Positions 48,500-60,052 of a stretch of 64,000 nt of DNA are shown here, piece by piece. Position 1 is the first letter of the stretch; each line of letters begins with the position of its first letter. Below the pieces are notes generated by a model. It saw only the letters and a program-made list of their open reading frames with translations. It was not told the origin of the DNA and ran no database searches. The stretch lies in assembly GCA_024679065.1 (NCBI GenBank), contig JAGIQG010000014.1:43896001-43960000 (forward strand), written 5' to 3'. The position numbers were made by a program, and so were the translations under genes. Origin of the DNA: Sphyrna mokarran. Lineage: Eukaryota.

Positions 48500-48965
48500 A
48501 CATAAGAAATGTAAGAAATAGGAGGAGTAGGCCATCTAGGCCTTCGAGTCTGCCCTGCCATTCAATAAGATCATGGCTGATCTAAAGTGAATCAGTTCCA
48601 CTTTCCTGTTTTCTCCCCATGACCCTTAATTCCCTTGTCTATCAGAAATCTATGTACCCATGACTTAAATATATTCAATGAGGTAGCCTCCATCACTTCA
48701 ATGGGCAGAGAATTCCAGAGATTCACCATCCTTTGAGTGAAGAAGTTCCTCCTCAATTCAGTTCTAAACTGACTCCGCTTATTTTGAAGCTGTGCCCTCT
48801 AGTTCTGCTATCCTTTTTAAGCATGAAGAATCTCTCTACCTCTACCCTATCTAGCACCTTCATTATCTTGTAAGTCTCTATAAGATCCCCCTCAGCCTTC
48901 TAAATTCTAACGATTACAGACTCAGTCTATTCAATCTCTCTTCATAAGCTAACCACCTCATCTCC
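48500..48965 (-). mobile_element. CR1-type LINE 3' fragment
   Basis: CATAAGAAAT tail, GCCATTCAATAAGATCATGGCTGATCT 3'UTR motif and RT-end remnant. Confidence 0.85.
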
Positions 48966-50129
48966 AGGATTCAGCTTCCCGGGAACTTCGTACAACATGG
49001 CTGTACACATCACAACTACATTATATACATGTTTGCACCTGGGAAGTTTGCTTCTCTCGAATCACAATATTTTACTACCTGGCATTCAGATAAGAGAAAC
49101 TTGAAATCTAAGGCAATTATTGAAACAAGCATGTTTTGCAACTAACCAATAGGTATTTTATTGACTTTGGCATTCTGGCTGGAGGGGAGGGGCGGGGGGT
49201 TGAAAATGAAGATGAACACCAGGGCCCTAAGAAATGTAAATTGCTGATGATATGGGGATAGTGTGGAAAAAGAGCATTGAGAGAGATTATCAGCCATGAT
49301 CTAATTGAATGGTGAAGCAGGCTAAAAAGGCCGAATATTTTATTCTTGCATCTTTTCTTTTACCTCAAAGAAGTCACAACACATTTTATTTGCTAACACT
49401 CAGAATCTTCATATTAAAAAGGTACTGTTTCCATTACATAACCAATGCTATGTTCTATCATTGCGATTTGTCTGCTATGCAAAAATGGATGGCAAAACAA
49501 TAATAGGTTGAAGCAATGAAACAAACCCGTAGTGTTAAAAGTGCGAATTGCTGTTGGCAGTTTCAAACAGCTGTTAACACTTAACTTTGGAAGGCATTTG
49601 CAAAGTGGAGATTTCAGACAGTTTCAAACAATTGATTGCAGTTGCTTGAAGTCTCTACTCAGATTGCCCTCTTCGAATAATGAAAGGCAAACAGCTGATT
49701 GAAGCTGCCTGATAATCCTGCACCTGAAATCAGGTTGCATCTCTAAATGACTCCTATGTCATGGCAAATGGTTGGAGTTATTTACTCAATGTAGGCAGCT
49801 GTGCATGATAAACAAAAATCATTAAATAGTGGGAAATGTATAATGTTTTATGGTTGATTATATTCATATTAACAAAGAAAACAATATACTAGTGGCATAC
49901 AGAGAACCAAAGAAACTTTATTCAAGGTACCTTATACTCAACAGATGATGTATTGGTGCATTCTATTTGTACTCTAGTGTTGCGTCAGGGAGTGGGGATC
50001 ATAGTTGTGTCTACATTTGGTCAGGATGGTTCTTAATCTCAGTCTTCCTGATAGGAAGAGGTACATCTAATTTAGATCTTATTGTCATTACAGATACACA
50101 TTTGGGAAATAAATATTCCAGAGTACATC

Positions 50130-50790
50130 ATATTTCAAGAAGAAAGTCAGAATGAAAGGAAGAGTGGCAGTCTTGATGATAAAGAGTGATACAAGGATAT
50201 TAGTGAGAAAGAATCTTGAGTCAGATGATTAGAAAATAAAATCAGTGGATGGAGATGAGAAATAGCAAGAGTCAGAAAACAATTGTGGGAGCTGTTTATA
50301 GGCATTGTAACAATACTTGTACCACTGAACTGAATATTAAACAAGAAATTAATGGAGCTTTTTACAAAAACGATGTAATTATTATGGATTACTTTAGTCT
50401 CCATACACCTCCAACAGGGAAAGTGGTTTGAAAGATGGGCTTGTGAAATATTTTTGAGTTCCTTGGAACAATCAAACCAGAGGGAATCAACCAGGGAGCT
50501 ATTACACATTCAATACCGTGCAACAAGACGGTGTTAATTAGCAATCTCATTTTAAAAAAATCAATTGGGAAATAGTGATCATAAGACAATTGAACACCAT
50601 ATTAAATTTGCAAGAGATATATCCAATCCCAAGCAAAAATCTTGAATTTGAAAAACAGAATTATGTAAGTATAAGGGAGAGCTGGCTAAGATTGATTAAA
50701 TAAACTGTAAGGTATGGCAGTAAACAAACGGTAGGAAACATTTAAAGAAGTAATTTCAAGTATTTAAAAATACATTTAAATAAAAACCAT
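50130..50790 (+). mobile_element. Decayed CR1-type endonuclease region
   Basis: W(M)EMRNSKSQKTIVGAVYR..VIIMDYF and GNSDH-like GGAAATAGTGATCATAA. Confidence 0.75.
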
Positions 50791-51369
50791 AGAACGAACT
50801 GATTCTATATCATATTAAATTCATTTTAAACACCTCACACTAATCTCCGTAGTCTGACAAGCATCTGTGGGGAGAGAATAGAGCCCCACCACCACCACCA
50901 CCCAAGTTCCTGGCTCAACAACTCGATTTAGATACTTTCCGTAGGATCCTAGGAGCAGAATTGCCCACAGAGGTCAGTGCATCAGGATTTTGCAGAGTCC
51001 CAATGCATATCTTTGATTGCACATTCGGTCTCTCACCTCCTAGAGACTGGAAGATCCGAGACATGGTATCCTGTACAACTCAGTGTAACAATATGAAGGG
51101 AGTGCTACCATACTCCTAATATTAGCATGGTCGCACTATGCTTAGATGATAATTAAAGAAGCAAAGTTTCCACATCATAGCTTGATTAATTGACACCACG
51201 TACATATATCTATGCATTGTTTCCCTCACCTACACTGCATCCCACCCCAATACCATACCCAAACAGCATCCAAGCCTCAATAGTTGTTCAAAAACTCAGC
51301 TATCCAACAAAATCTGTGACAGGGGTGGGGGTATACTTGTTCATCATCACCTCTACTTAATGCCATTTT

Positions 51370-52580
51370 TTACTCTTTCATAGGATTGAGGTGTCAAACC
51401 ACCTTCTTGAACTACAGCAATCCATCTGGTGTCGATACATGCACAGAACTGAGGGAGTTCCAGGGTTCTGATCCAGAGACTGTGAGGGAACTGCAATATA
51501 GTTTAAGTCAGGATGTTAGGTGGTTTTGAGGGAAACTTGCAGGTGCTGGTGTTCCCATGCATCTATTATCTTATCCTTTTAGATGTTAGATGTCACAGGT
51601 TGATGGTGCCTTAGTGAGTTGCTGTAGAGCATCTTCTGTACAGTACACACCACTGTAACTGTGTCAGCAGTGGAGAGAATAAATGTTTAAGTTGGTGAAT
51701 GGATGTGAATCAGCTACTTTGTCCTTGATTACATTGAGATTTTTGGGTGTTGTTGGGGCCACACTTTTCCAGGTAAGTGGAGAGTATTCTATCATATTCC
51801 TGACTTGCATTTCACAATGGTGGGCAGGCTTTGGCAAGTCAAGAAATGAACTACCACAAAATTCCTAGCCTCTGATCTGGTCTCATAGCCACATTATTTT
51901 CATGACTGGTCCAATAGTAACTACCAGGATGTTCATGACTGGGGATTCAGTGATATTAATGACACTGTTTTCCTTGGAGTTTAGTAGCGAGGAGACCTTG
52001 TTCAAACATACAAGGTCTGAGGAGATTTGACATAGTAAATGGCAAGACGTTTTCACTAATGGGAGAGTCTTGAACAAGGGGACATAGCTACAAGATAAAC
52101 AGTCAGCTCTCTACAATTGAGTCACATAGAAATTTCTTCTCACAGAGTGGTGAATCTCTGGAATTATCTGCCCCAAAGGGTGGTGGAGGCCAGATCACTG
52201 GAAGTATCCGAAGTAAAGGAAGATACATATTGGAAAGATCAATTGTTAAAGGACTAAGGAAATGACACAGAAAAGGGATTGAGGTTGGCACAGATCATCC
52301 ATGATTGAACTGAATGGTAGGGGAGGCTGAAGAGACTGGTGGCCTACCCCTGCTTCTATTTCTTGTGTTCTTGTCAATGTCAAGGGGAGATGGTTAGATT
52401 ATCTCCTGTTGGGAATGGTCTTGCCTGGCACTTGCATGCAAGTGATATTTACCATTACCTCCAAGCCTGAATGCTGTCCAAGTATCCAGCAAATGGCGGG
52501 GGCGGGGGGGGGGGGGGGCTTCAGAAAAAAAGTATTTATCCATGAAACATCCATGATGTTTCTCCCAAACATCCGCCATC
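51370..52580 (-). mobile_element. Decayed LINE 3' region of the same family
   Basis: CCTTCTTGAACTACAGCAATCC..GGGAGTTCCAGG..GTGTTCCCATGCATCT, matching 28680-28870 and 32590-32740. Confidence 0.7.
52000..52372 (+). mobile_element. CR1-type LINE 3' end nested in an older LINE
   Basis: AAATTTCTTCTCACAGAGTGGTGAATCTCTGGAAT and a 3' tail TTCTTGTGTTCTTG. The host LINE resumes at ~52373. Confidence 0.8.
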
Positions 52581-52749
52581 CCCATGTTTCTTACTGCTGT
52601 CACCCATTTAACACAGTGGATGCACATTTACAAATGCTGCGCTAAAAGGAGTCGCTCTCTTGCATGCAGTGAATTCTGTCTCTCAGCAGGGCCTGAGCTG
52701 AGGCCAGGATACCTCCTGTCCAGTCCAGCCCTGCGGAGGCTGTTATTAC

Positions 52750-52882
52750 CTTTCGCTCGCTGCGTCGGGTAGCTCTGCTGCGCCCAGTACAGGTACTGCA
52801 GGGCCTCCTCCCGGTCACCACACTTTAAGCACCTCTGCGCGGCTTCAATGCAGCGCTCCGCCTCTTGTAGCCCTGCCTCCAT
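52750..52882 (-). CDS. DNAJC18: DNAJC18 coding exon 1 (133 nt): MEAGLQEAERCIEAAQRCLKCGDREEALQYLYWAQQSYPTQRAK
   Basis: ATG in GCAATGG context inside a CpG island, donor AAG|GTAATA, phase 1 matching exon 2. The N-terminus is of the DNAJB12/B14/C18 type. Confidence 0.92.
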
Positions 52883-53059
52883 TGCCTCAGGCTGCAGCCC
52901 TCCCCGCTGTTTACTCGGTGACTGAGCAAAGCTCTCCACCCACCCGACTACCACCCACCCGTCTCCGGGCCGCGGGGCCACGCGTCAGCCGCCCAATCAG
53001 CACGGCGGAAAAGGCACATGCGCATCACCACAACAACGACGACAGCCACCAACAGCTGT

Positions 53060-53249
53060 GGAGGCCATCTTTGTTGGTGGCGACTATCTTTGTTGGGGGC
53101 GGCAGTCATTGTTGGCGGCGGCCATCTTTGTGCGGGGCGGCTATCATTGTTGGCGGTGGCCATCTTTGTGTGGGGCGGCTATCATTGTTGGCGGTGGCCA
53201 TCTTTATGTGGGGCGGCTATCATTGTTGGCGGCGGCCAAGTTTGTGGGT
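53060..53249. repeat. Minisatellite, 10 x 19 bp with an alternating 38-bp dimer
   Basis: Units such as GGCGGCCATCTTTGTGCGG and GGCGGCTATCATTGTTGGC start exactly 19 bp apart (53060, 53079 ... 53231). Confidence 0.95.
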
Positions 53250-55679
53250 GGTTGGCGAACCTTTCGACGTGCAGCAGGGAAACACATGGCGACAGGCCGC
53301 CGTCAGCAGCTGTCAGGCAGGGGGAGGTGGACTGTCTTTCTGGTCGACTGGACGCGTGATCCGCAAAAGCCAGGTGACTGTTGCTTTTACCACCAATACT
53401 TTTCACTGTATTTCAATACCTGTTATAATAATAAATCAATTCAGTTCAATGTTGAGCTGAAAGTTGGACGAGCAACTTGATTGGTGTATTCAATGGGAAT
53501 AGATTTAAGTGTTGCCAGCATGTATACATGAATCCTCTCCTCTTTGAGCAAGTCTCTCATGCCAGGCATAAATCTAGTGAATCTTCGCTGTCCTGCAAGT
53601 ATGTCCTTCTTTAAATATGGAGATCAGTATTCCATTCTTCTTGCAATAATATCCAACATCCATGTCATTTATCTTTTTAATTGCTTGTTGCACCTGCATG
53701 ATAACTTGCTCTTTGTTGTGCAATTTTCCGTAAGCCTCATGAATATGAACAATTGCTAGTTTCAATCACCCTTAAAATATTTTCTAATCTTATAACGAGA
53801 GTGAATAACCACACATTTCTACACATTATACTCCAACTGCACCTTGCTGCCCACACAATTCATCTGCATATATCTCTCTATTGCGTCTTTTCTTTCAGTT
53901 TGCATTCCCACTTTATATAATCAGTAAACCTACATACCTTACTTTCTGCTTCTTCATCTAAGTAAGTCTAAGTATAGCCTGTAAGTAGCTGTAGCTCCAG
54001 AATTGATCCTTGTGGCACTCAACTAGTCACAGCCTACCAACTTGAAAATGTCACATTTATGTCTACTCTTTGCTTCCTGTCCATTAACCAACCCTCCATC
54101 CACGCCAATATATTACTCCCTACTCCATAAGCCCTAACTTGACATGTTCATCTTTGGTGTGGTACCTTATCACAATTATTATGATGCAGATGGAGGCCAT
54201 ATGAGCATCATGACTTAGTTTCAGTCCTCTGCTTTTTCTCCATATTATTGCACATTGTTTCTATTCAAATAATCTGTGATGCCTTCATGAACACCTTAAT
54301 TGAACCTGCCTCCACTACACTTCCAAGCTGAATCACTTGTGTGCAAAAGTTTTTTTCTCACAACACATTTGTTTTTGCAGATCAAGTTAAATTTGTGTCT
54401 TCATTCTTGTTCCTTTTCTCCCTATTTGTCAAGCCCTCTTATGATTTTGAATATCTCTATGAAATCTTCTCTTAGCTCTCTTCTATCCAAGAAGAACAAT
54501 CCCAACCTCTTGAATCTATCCTTATATCTGAAGTTATTGATCCCTGAAACCACTCTTGTAAGCCTGCATTTTCTCTGCTCTCTCAAATGTATTCATATCT
54601 TTTCTAAAGTGTGGTACACCAAACTGTACATAATATTGCAGCTCAGGTCTGACTATTTTCTTGTATAAGTTCAGCATTACCTCCTTATCTTGTACTCTAT
54701 GCACTAATTAATAATGCCCAGAATATTATACGTTTTATTAACTGCTTTCTCCACCTACTCAGCCACCTTCAATGATCAATATACATATACGTCTAGATCC
54801 ATCTGCTCCAGTACCCTTTAAGAATTTTACCCCTTTATACTATCTCTCCATATTTTTCTTGATGAAATGAATCACCTCATACTTCTCTGCATTGAACTTC
54901 ATCTGCCACTTGTTTGCCCAAACCATCAATATGTCTATGTCCCTTGAAGTTCAAGATTTTCCTCTTCACCATTGATAATTGGTGTGATTTTCAGCTGCTT
55001 GCCCCAAGATCGGAAATTTCTATCTGAGATCAGCGGAACTTTAAATAGTCTGTCACATTTTCTGTCCTACCTGCTACGGTTCCTACGCTGTGTAGGATGA
55101 GAAAATTCTGCCTAATGCTTCCAATCTTAGCATCATCTGCACATTATATCCTGCACACCATTGTCTAGGTCATTAATATAGATAAGGAAGAGCAACACTA
55201 ATCCCTGGAGAACACCACTTTCAACCCTCTTCCAATCTGAAAAATAACTATTTATCACCACTTTCTATTTCCTATTACTCAGTCAATTTCTTATCCAAAG
55301 TTCTCCCTTTCCCTTTTATTTTAGAATTTTTCTCAGAAATCTGATATGTGGTGCTGTATCAAATGGCCTTTTGAAAATCCATATACACAGCAGTATCCGT
55401 ATCAATTTTCTCTGTAACTCCTTGAAAAGCTCCAGCAAGTGAGTTAAAACAATTTTTTTCCTTAATGAATCAATGCTGGCTTTCTTTAATTACCCTGAAC
55501 CTGTCTAAGTGACTATTGATTTCATCCCAAACTATATTTTCCAGAAGGTTCCTTACCAGTGAAGACAAACCAACTGCACTACAGTTGCCAGCGTTATCCT
55601 TGCACTTTTTGAATAAGGATGTAAACATTCACCATTCTCCAGTCCTCTACCACCAACAAAGACTCAAAGATTTTTTTAA

Positions 55680-56025
55680 AATTCGTTCATAGAATACAGG
55701 CACTGCTGGATGGGCCATCATTTATTGCCTATCCCGAATTTCCTCTTGAACTCAGTGGCTCAGAGAGCAGTTAAGAGTCTATCACATTGCTAGAGGATCT
55801 GAAGTCACATGTAGGCCAAACCAGGTAGGTATCTCATATTTTCTTCCCTAAAGATGGGTTTGTGCAACAATCAACAATAGTTTTAAGATTTTTGACTTTT
55901 AATTCTAGATTTTTATTGAATTCAGATTTCATCATCTGCTGTGGTGGACTTTGAACCCAATGCTCCAGAGCATTACCTGAGTCTCTGGATTGCTAGTCCA
56001 GTAACAATACCATTGTGTCACAGTC
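55680..56025 (-). mobile_element. SacSINE1-like SINE; a further decayed copy lies at ~37050-37360
   Basis: Reverse complement of 5380-5735 (GAAGTCACATGTAGGCC, GGTGGACTTTGAACCC). Confidence 0.75.
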
Positions 56026-56582
56026 TCCCACTGCCTCTAAAATTTCCACCCTCAGCTCCCTCAGTAGCTTTGGATGCATCTCATCCAGTCCTGGTACCAT
56101 ATTAGTTTTAAAATAGCCTTTCTAACATCACCTCATTCTCACTTGTGAATTCCTCAAGTGTACCAGTTACTTCCTCCTCTCTTACTTTGGCCTAGATAGC
56201 ATTCTTTTCGTCTGTAAAAGCAGATGAAAAGTACTCATTTAATGTTTCTTTTATTTCTCCTGCCTCCATACATAAGTGTCCTTTTTTATCCTGAATTGAC
56301 TTTCTTTCACAACCCTTCTATTATTTAGAAGGCCTTGGAATTCTCTTTTATGTTAGCTGCTAGTTTTTTTTTATGCTCCCTTCTTGCTTTTCTGCTTAGT
56401 GTTTGACTTCCTCCGGTCCCTTTTATTTTCAGCCTGATTCTCCATTCTATTTTCTATCTGACATCTGTCATAAGCGTACTTTTTCCTTTTCACCTCTCTT
56501 TCTTCATCCAGGATGTTCTAAATTTATTTGTCATATCTTCCCCTTTCAAAGGAATATACTTTCACATTGCCTGCAGTACTAT

Positions 56583-56755
56583 GGGTGGAATATTCCACCA
56601 TGGTGGTGGAGGCGGCTTGCTACTGGTAGGTCTTCCGGTCCTACATAAATCAAAGGCAATTTACATTCCTTGTCCTATCAGGGAACACATGCCAAGGATC
56701 GACTTAGGCAGGGCTGGAAGATCCCGCTGGTGGGAAAAGCTGGAGAATTCTGCCC
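56583..56755. mobile_element. Short Harbinger-type MITE; similar copies at 54980-55113 and ~62601-62814
   Basis: TIRs GGGTGGAATATTCC ... GGAGAATTCTGCCC. The 54980 copy has AAT on both flanks. Confidence 0.7.
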
Positions 56756-57199
56756 TGACTACTGCAGTACTTCCATCCTTCCTCCTCCCTTCCTGTGCAG
56801 CTATTGCCAGCCATGGTGTCATGACTTGACCCTTGCTATCCTCTGAGGAACCATCTTGCTCAGTAGTCACCAAAATACAAAAAGATTAGAGAGCAAGATA
56901 GTGCAGGAATCCTCCAAGCCTATCTGTCTGTTTCTCTTAGATACTCTGGCAGTTATCCATTCCCTTTCTGACCATGAAACTCTTAGCTGTGGGGTGACCA
57001 CCTCTCTAAACATGCTATCCCCATAATTGTCAGCCTTGTGTCATAACCTGGAGTTGAAGTTACTGCAGCTGATGACACTTCTTGCAGATGTAGTCATCAA
57101 AGGCTCTTCATGAGAGTTAGCAGGATTGAAGGAGAGGCAGAAATGTTGAATAAATAATTATAAATGGTTAAGGTAGTTAGCAGGGTAATTAAGACTGTT

Positions 57200-58700
57200 T
57201 CTACCTTGACTCCTGGATATCCAGGCAGGAAGCCTATTTTCCACATGTCAACATTTCACCAGGGTCACAAATGTGAGTTCAGAATGTGAAGCATTTCTTC
57301 AGTGAAATTGACAATCTGTGGAAAGCTTTTAAGTTACATTAAAGAGTTCCAGCAATGGCAGTTGAAAGACTGTTGTTCAAAGCATTTCTTCCCACAGAGT
57401 ATTTTCACTTCTTCACAAGTGATTGCCAACCTCTCTGAAGGCACTACGCCTGGCTAGAACTTCTCTCATCGGCAGTAGAAGAGGGAACAACTTTTGCGAT
57501 GGACAAGAGGAGAAGACGCACCACCGTGACACACCAAATGAACTCTCAACTCGCTTAAACATGCAAATGTTAGGTCCAGCTATTTACTTCTACTTCAAAA
57601 CCACCATAATATCTTATTACAAACCAAACATCTTTATCCTTTAATGTCTTAAAACTCCCAGACCACCTGTCTCTAGTAATCTTTCTCAATTAAATAATTT
57701 ACATGGACACAAAGACACATACCTTTTTTGCTGAATAACACAATATTTCCCTAATTTTTTTTAAAATAATATCCATTCTCACAGCAGCACCAGCTAACTT
57801 CATCTTAACCACATGACCCTCTACAGAGCAGAAGGGATAGATACCAAGATCCAGCTAGGAGCCAACACTCCTGCATAAGGTCTACAAGCTACACATGCCT
57901 GATGCTAGTGCCTCAGAAGGATCTCTTGGCAAATTGCTGCAGTCTCCGGGAATAAGATCTTTTTCCAAGTGAAGTAGGCTAGCACATATTGCCAGTGGCC
58001 AACAAGAGGCTGGTCACTGATGGATCATTCCCAACCCCCTCTCCACCCTACCTTCCCTTGCCCACGTGAGTCTGCCTTTCACCAAGTTTTATACCCTCTT
58101 CTGCAAGGAGATAAAGCAGAGGTGTAAATGGCTGCTATAGAAAGGAAGAAAGGACCATTTGTATGCAGGATAGGTACGAGTGAGCAATCAGTTGAGTGAA
58201 TGAGAGTATTTGTTCAGATGGGAATGCAAAGTGCCTACCAAGAAAAAATCAGTGGGGCTGCAAGGTGCATTGACTTGAGTTATGCCTTGCAGATGAATAC
58301 TGGGCAGGTCAGAATGTGGAGATTGGCATCTCCCAATTTGCCCTCCAAAACTCCAAGATCCTGTTGCTGTTGCATAGAAGGAGGCAGCAACTCTTTCTGC
58401 TGACTTCCTCAATCACTTCAATCCACTCCATTTTGATTGGAGGGATTGTCTTCTTTCTCCTGCCCTTGGGAAATATCATCGCACCACAGCACTTGAGATC
58501 CCAGCGCCAGACTTCCAGATAAGAGAGAGATTCAGGGAACAGCCTTCCTAGACTTGCCCTTCATCCTGAGGTTGCTGCGGCCTCAAAAATCCAAAGACTT
58601 ATGAATCCTATTATGTCCCATTCATTTCCCTTGATTGGTCAGGAAGCCTGGAAGTGGAAATAACAATAAGTTTACTCTGGTAAAAAGCTGGGTCAGATTC
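57200..58700. mobile_element. Decayed PIF/Harbinger transposon relic with remnants of both convergent ORFs
   Basis: Plus strand ~57875-58035 has fragments resembling a Harbinger transposase N-terminus (VY..CLRR..LPVAxK..GSF). Minus strand ~58395-58485 reads MIFPKGRRKKTIPPIKMEWIEVIEEVSRKS, resembling a Myb/SANT-like domain. Confidence 0.5.
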
Positions 58701-59854
58701 CAGACTCAAAAATGTTCTTTCAGCAGGGACTAAGGGAAGTCTCTTGAAATGATTCTTATTTGTTCCTAGAAAGGCCTTGTGACATTACATTCAAGAACAT
58801 TGTTGACCTTCCTTCCCACTGGTGATGAATTGAAAATAGCTGATATGTTGCAGCTGATTTGCTGACTTCTTGTACCTACCTATATGCCATATTTGGTGTC
58901 TGTCCATCGTCTGATCCTGTTTCATTATAATATAACCACCGATGGCCACTTTGTCCAGGTCTTCTGTTATACAAAGTTATACTGTAGTTTATTTGTTTGT
59001 GTCACTGTTGTATTTTTCTGGCCTGTTAAATTCTTTAACACCAGTTCTGGCCACGTACAAGATTCTGAGTTTTTAGTTTGACCTGTCACTGGAACACAGA
59101 ATGGCTCCTTATGAATGTCCTTAAAAAGCATTCCTTTTACTTAATTATCACAGACATTTGTTAAAACAATATCCGGGAGCAAGAAATGTCAGAACTCATT
59201 AAATAAAACTTTTTTTTACAACATTATCTCATGTTTTAGTTGTTTAAACCTCTTAATAAAATTAACAAAATGAAATGTGGCTCATGAGGTTCTGAAAACA
59301 AGGCAAGTATTTCTGTAGTACTGAGGTTTACCTTTAGAAGGTGCTAAAGCATAGTTCTTATTGCAAAGCCACTCACAAAAATACCAAAGGAAAAACCAAA
59401 TACAACATTTTAGGACAAAACCATGAAAGTAAAGGTGAAAGATGGTGTAATGTTTCGTTTCCATGCACAGTACTATTAAAACATGATCAAATTATTTTAA
59501 CAAGATGAACTATGATCTAATACATAGTGATCTATTTCCCCCACCCTTACTACCACTATTGCATCTTTATGTTAGGATTAACCTGATTGCATTTGAAAAG
59601 ATAGCTGTTTGACGTAGTGTGGGCACAATGGTTTTTCTTTTCATCATGCAGCATTGCTAAGCCTGCATTGAGGGAAATATGCAAGAATGCGTAGTGCTCC
59701 TATGTTATTTTTGTTTCTTCTGTATATTTTTTTTCATAATCTGTATTCTGTTGTTGAAGTAAATATAAGCAAGTATGTAACTAATGAACTGGGGTGACAC
59801 CCCTCACCTGTACTTTGCTGCCCCTAGAATTTCTGCTTTCAGTGAGAACTATCG

Positions 59855-60052
59855 TAGAATAGAACAGAATCAATAGAATACAGTGCAAAAGAAGGCCATT
59901 TAGCTCATTGAGCCTGCACCGACAACAATACCAACCAGGCCTTATCCCTATAACCCCACATATTTATTCCACTAATCCCTGTAACCTATGCCTCCCAGGA
60001 CACTGAGAGGCAATTTAGTATGGCCAATCAACCTAACCCAGACAATTTTGGA
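59855..60052 (-). mobile_element. HE1-like SINE 3' half
   Basis: TAGAATAGAACAGAATC tail and GGCAATTTAGTATGGCCAATCAACCTAACC. Confidence 0.8.

Larger units (their letters stand above)
52640..53375. promoter_or_regulatory. CpG-island promoter of DNAJC18, possibly bidirectional
   Basis: The only strongly CpG-rich stretch in the window. It contains an NF-Y-like GCCCAATCAG (52991-53000), an NRF1-like CATGCGCAT (~53017-53025) and GC boxes. Confidence 0.8.
53480..57100 (-). mobile_element. Cluster of decayed CR1-type LINE segments, interrupted by MITEs and a SINE
   Basis: Recognisable RT remnants on the minus strand (e.g. GCATTGAACTTCATCTGCCA, GCATCATCTGCA, GCCTTTTGAAAATCCATATA) with many stops. 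Confidence 0.7.

Noticed and set aside
28034-52882. Assignment as DNAJB12 or DNAJB14
   Set aside because: KNCAPG, GRFPTGNI and the [19 protein letters not shown]-terminus fit DNAJC18 better.
52628-52981. 117-aa ORF as a standalone gene
   Set aside because: It is DNAJC18 exon 1 read from a non-ATG upstream codon and through into intron 1.
53060-53249. CRISPR-like regular array
   Set aside because: Units abut directly with no unique spacers, there are no cas genes, and the context is eukaryotic.
52882-53480. Overlapping plus-strand ORFs of 113-192 aa with repeated CWRWPSLCGAAIIVGGGH
   Set aside because: They are by-products of the GC-rich 19-bp minisatellite, whose period is not a multiple of 3.
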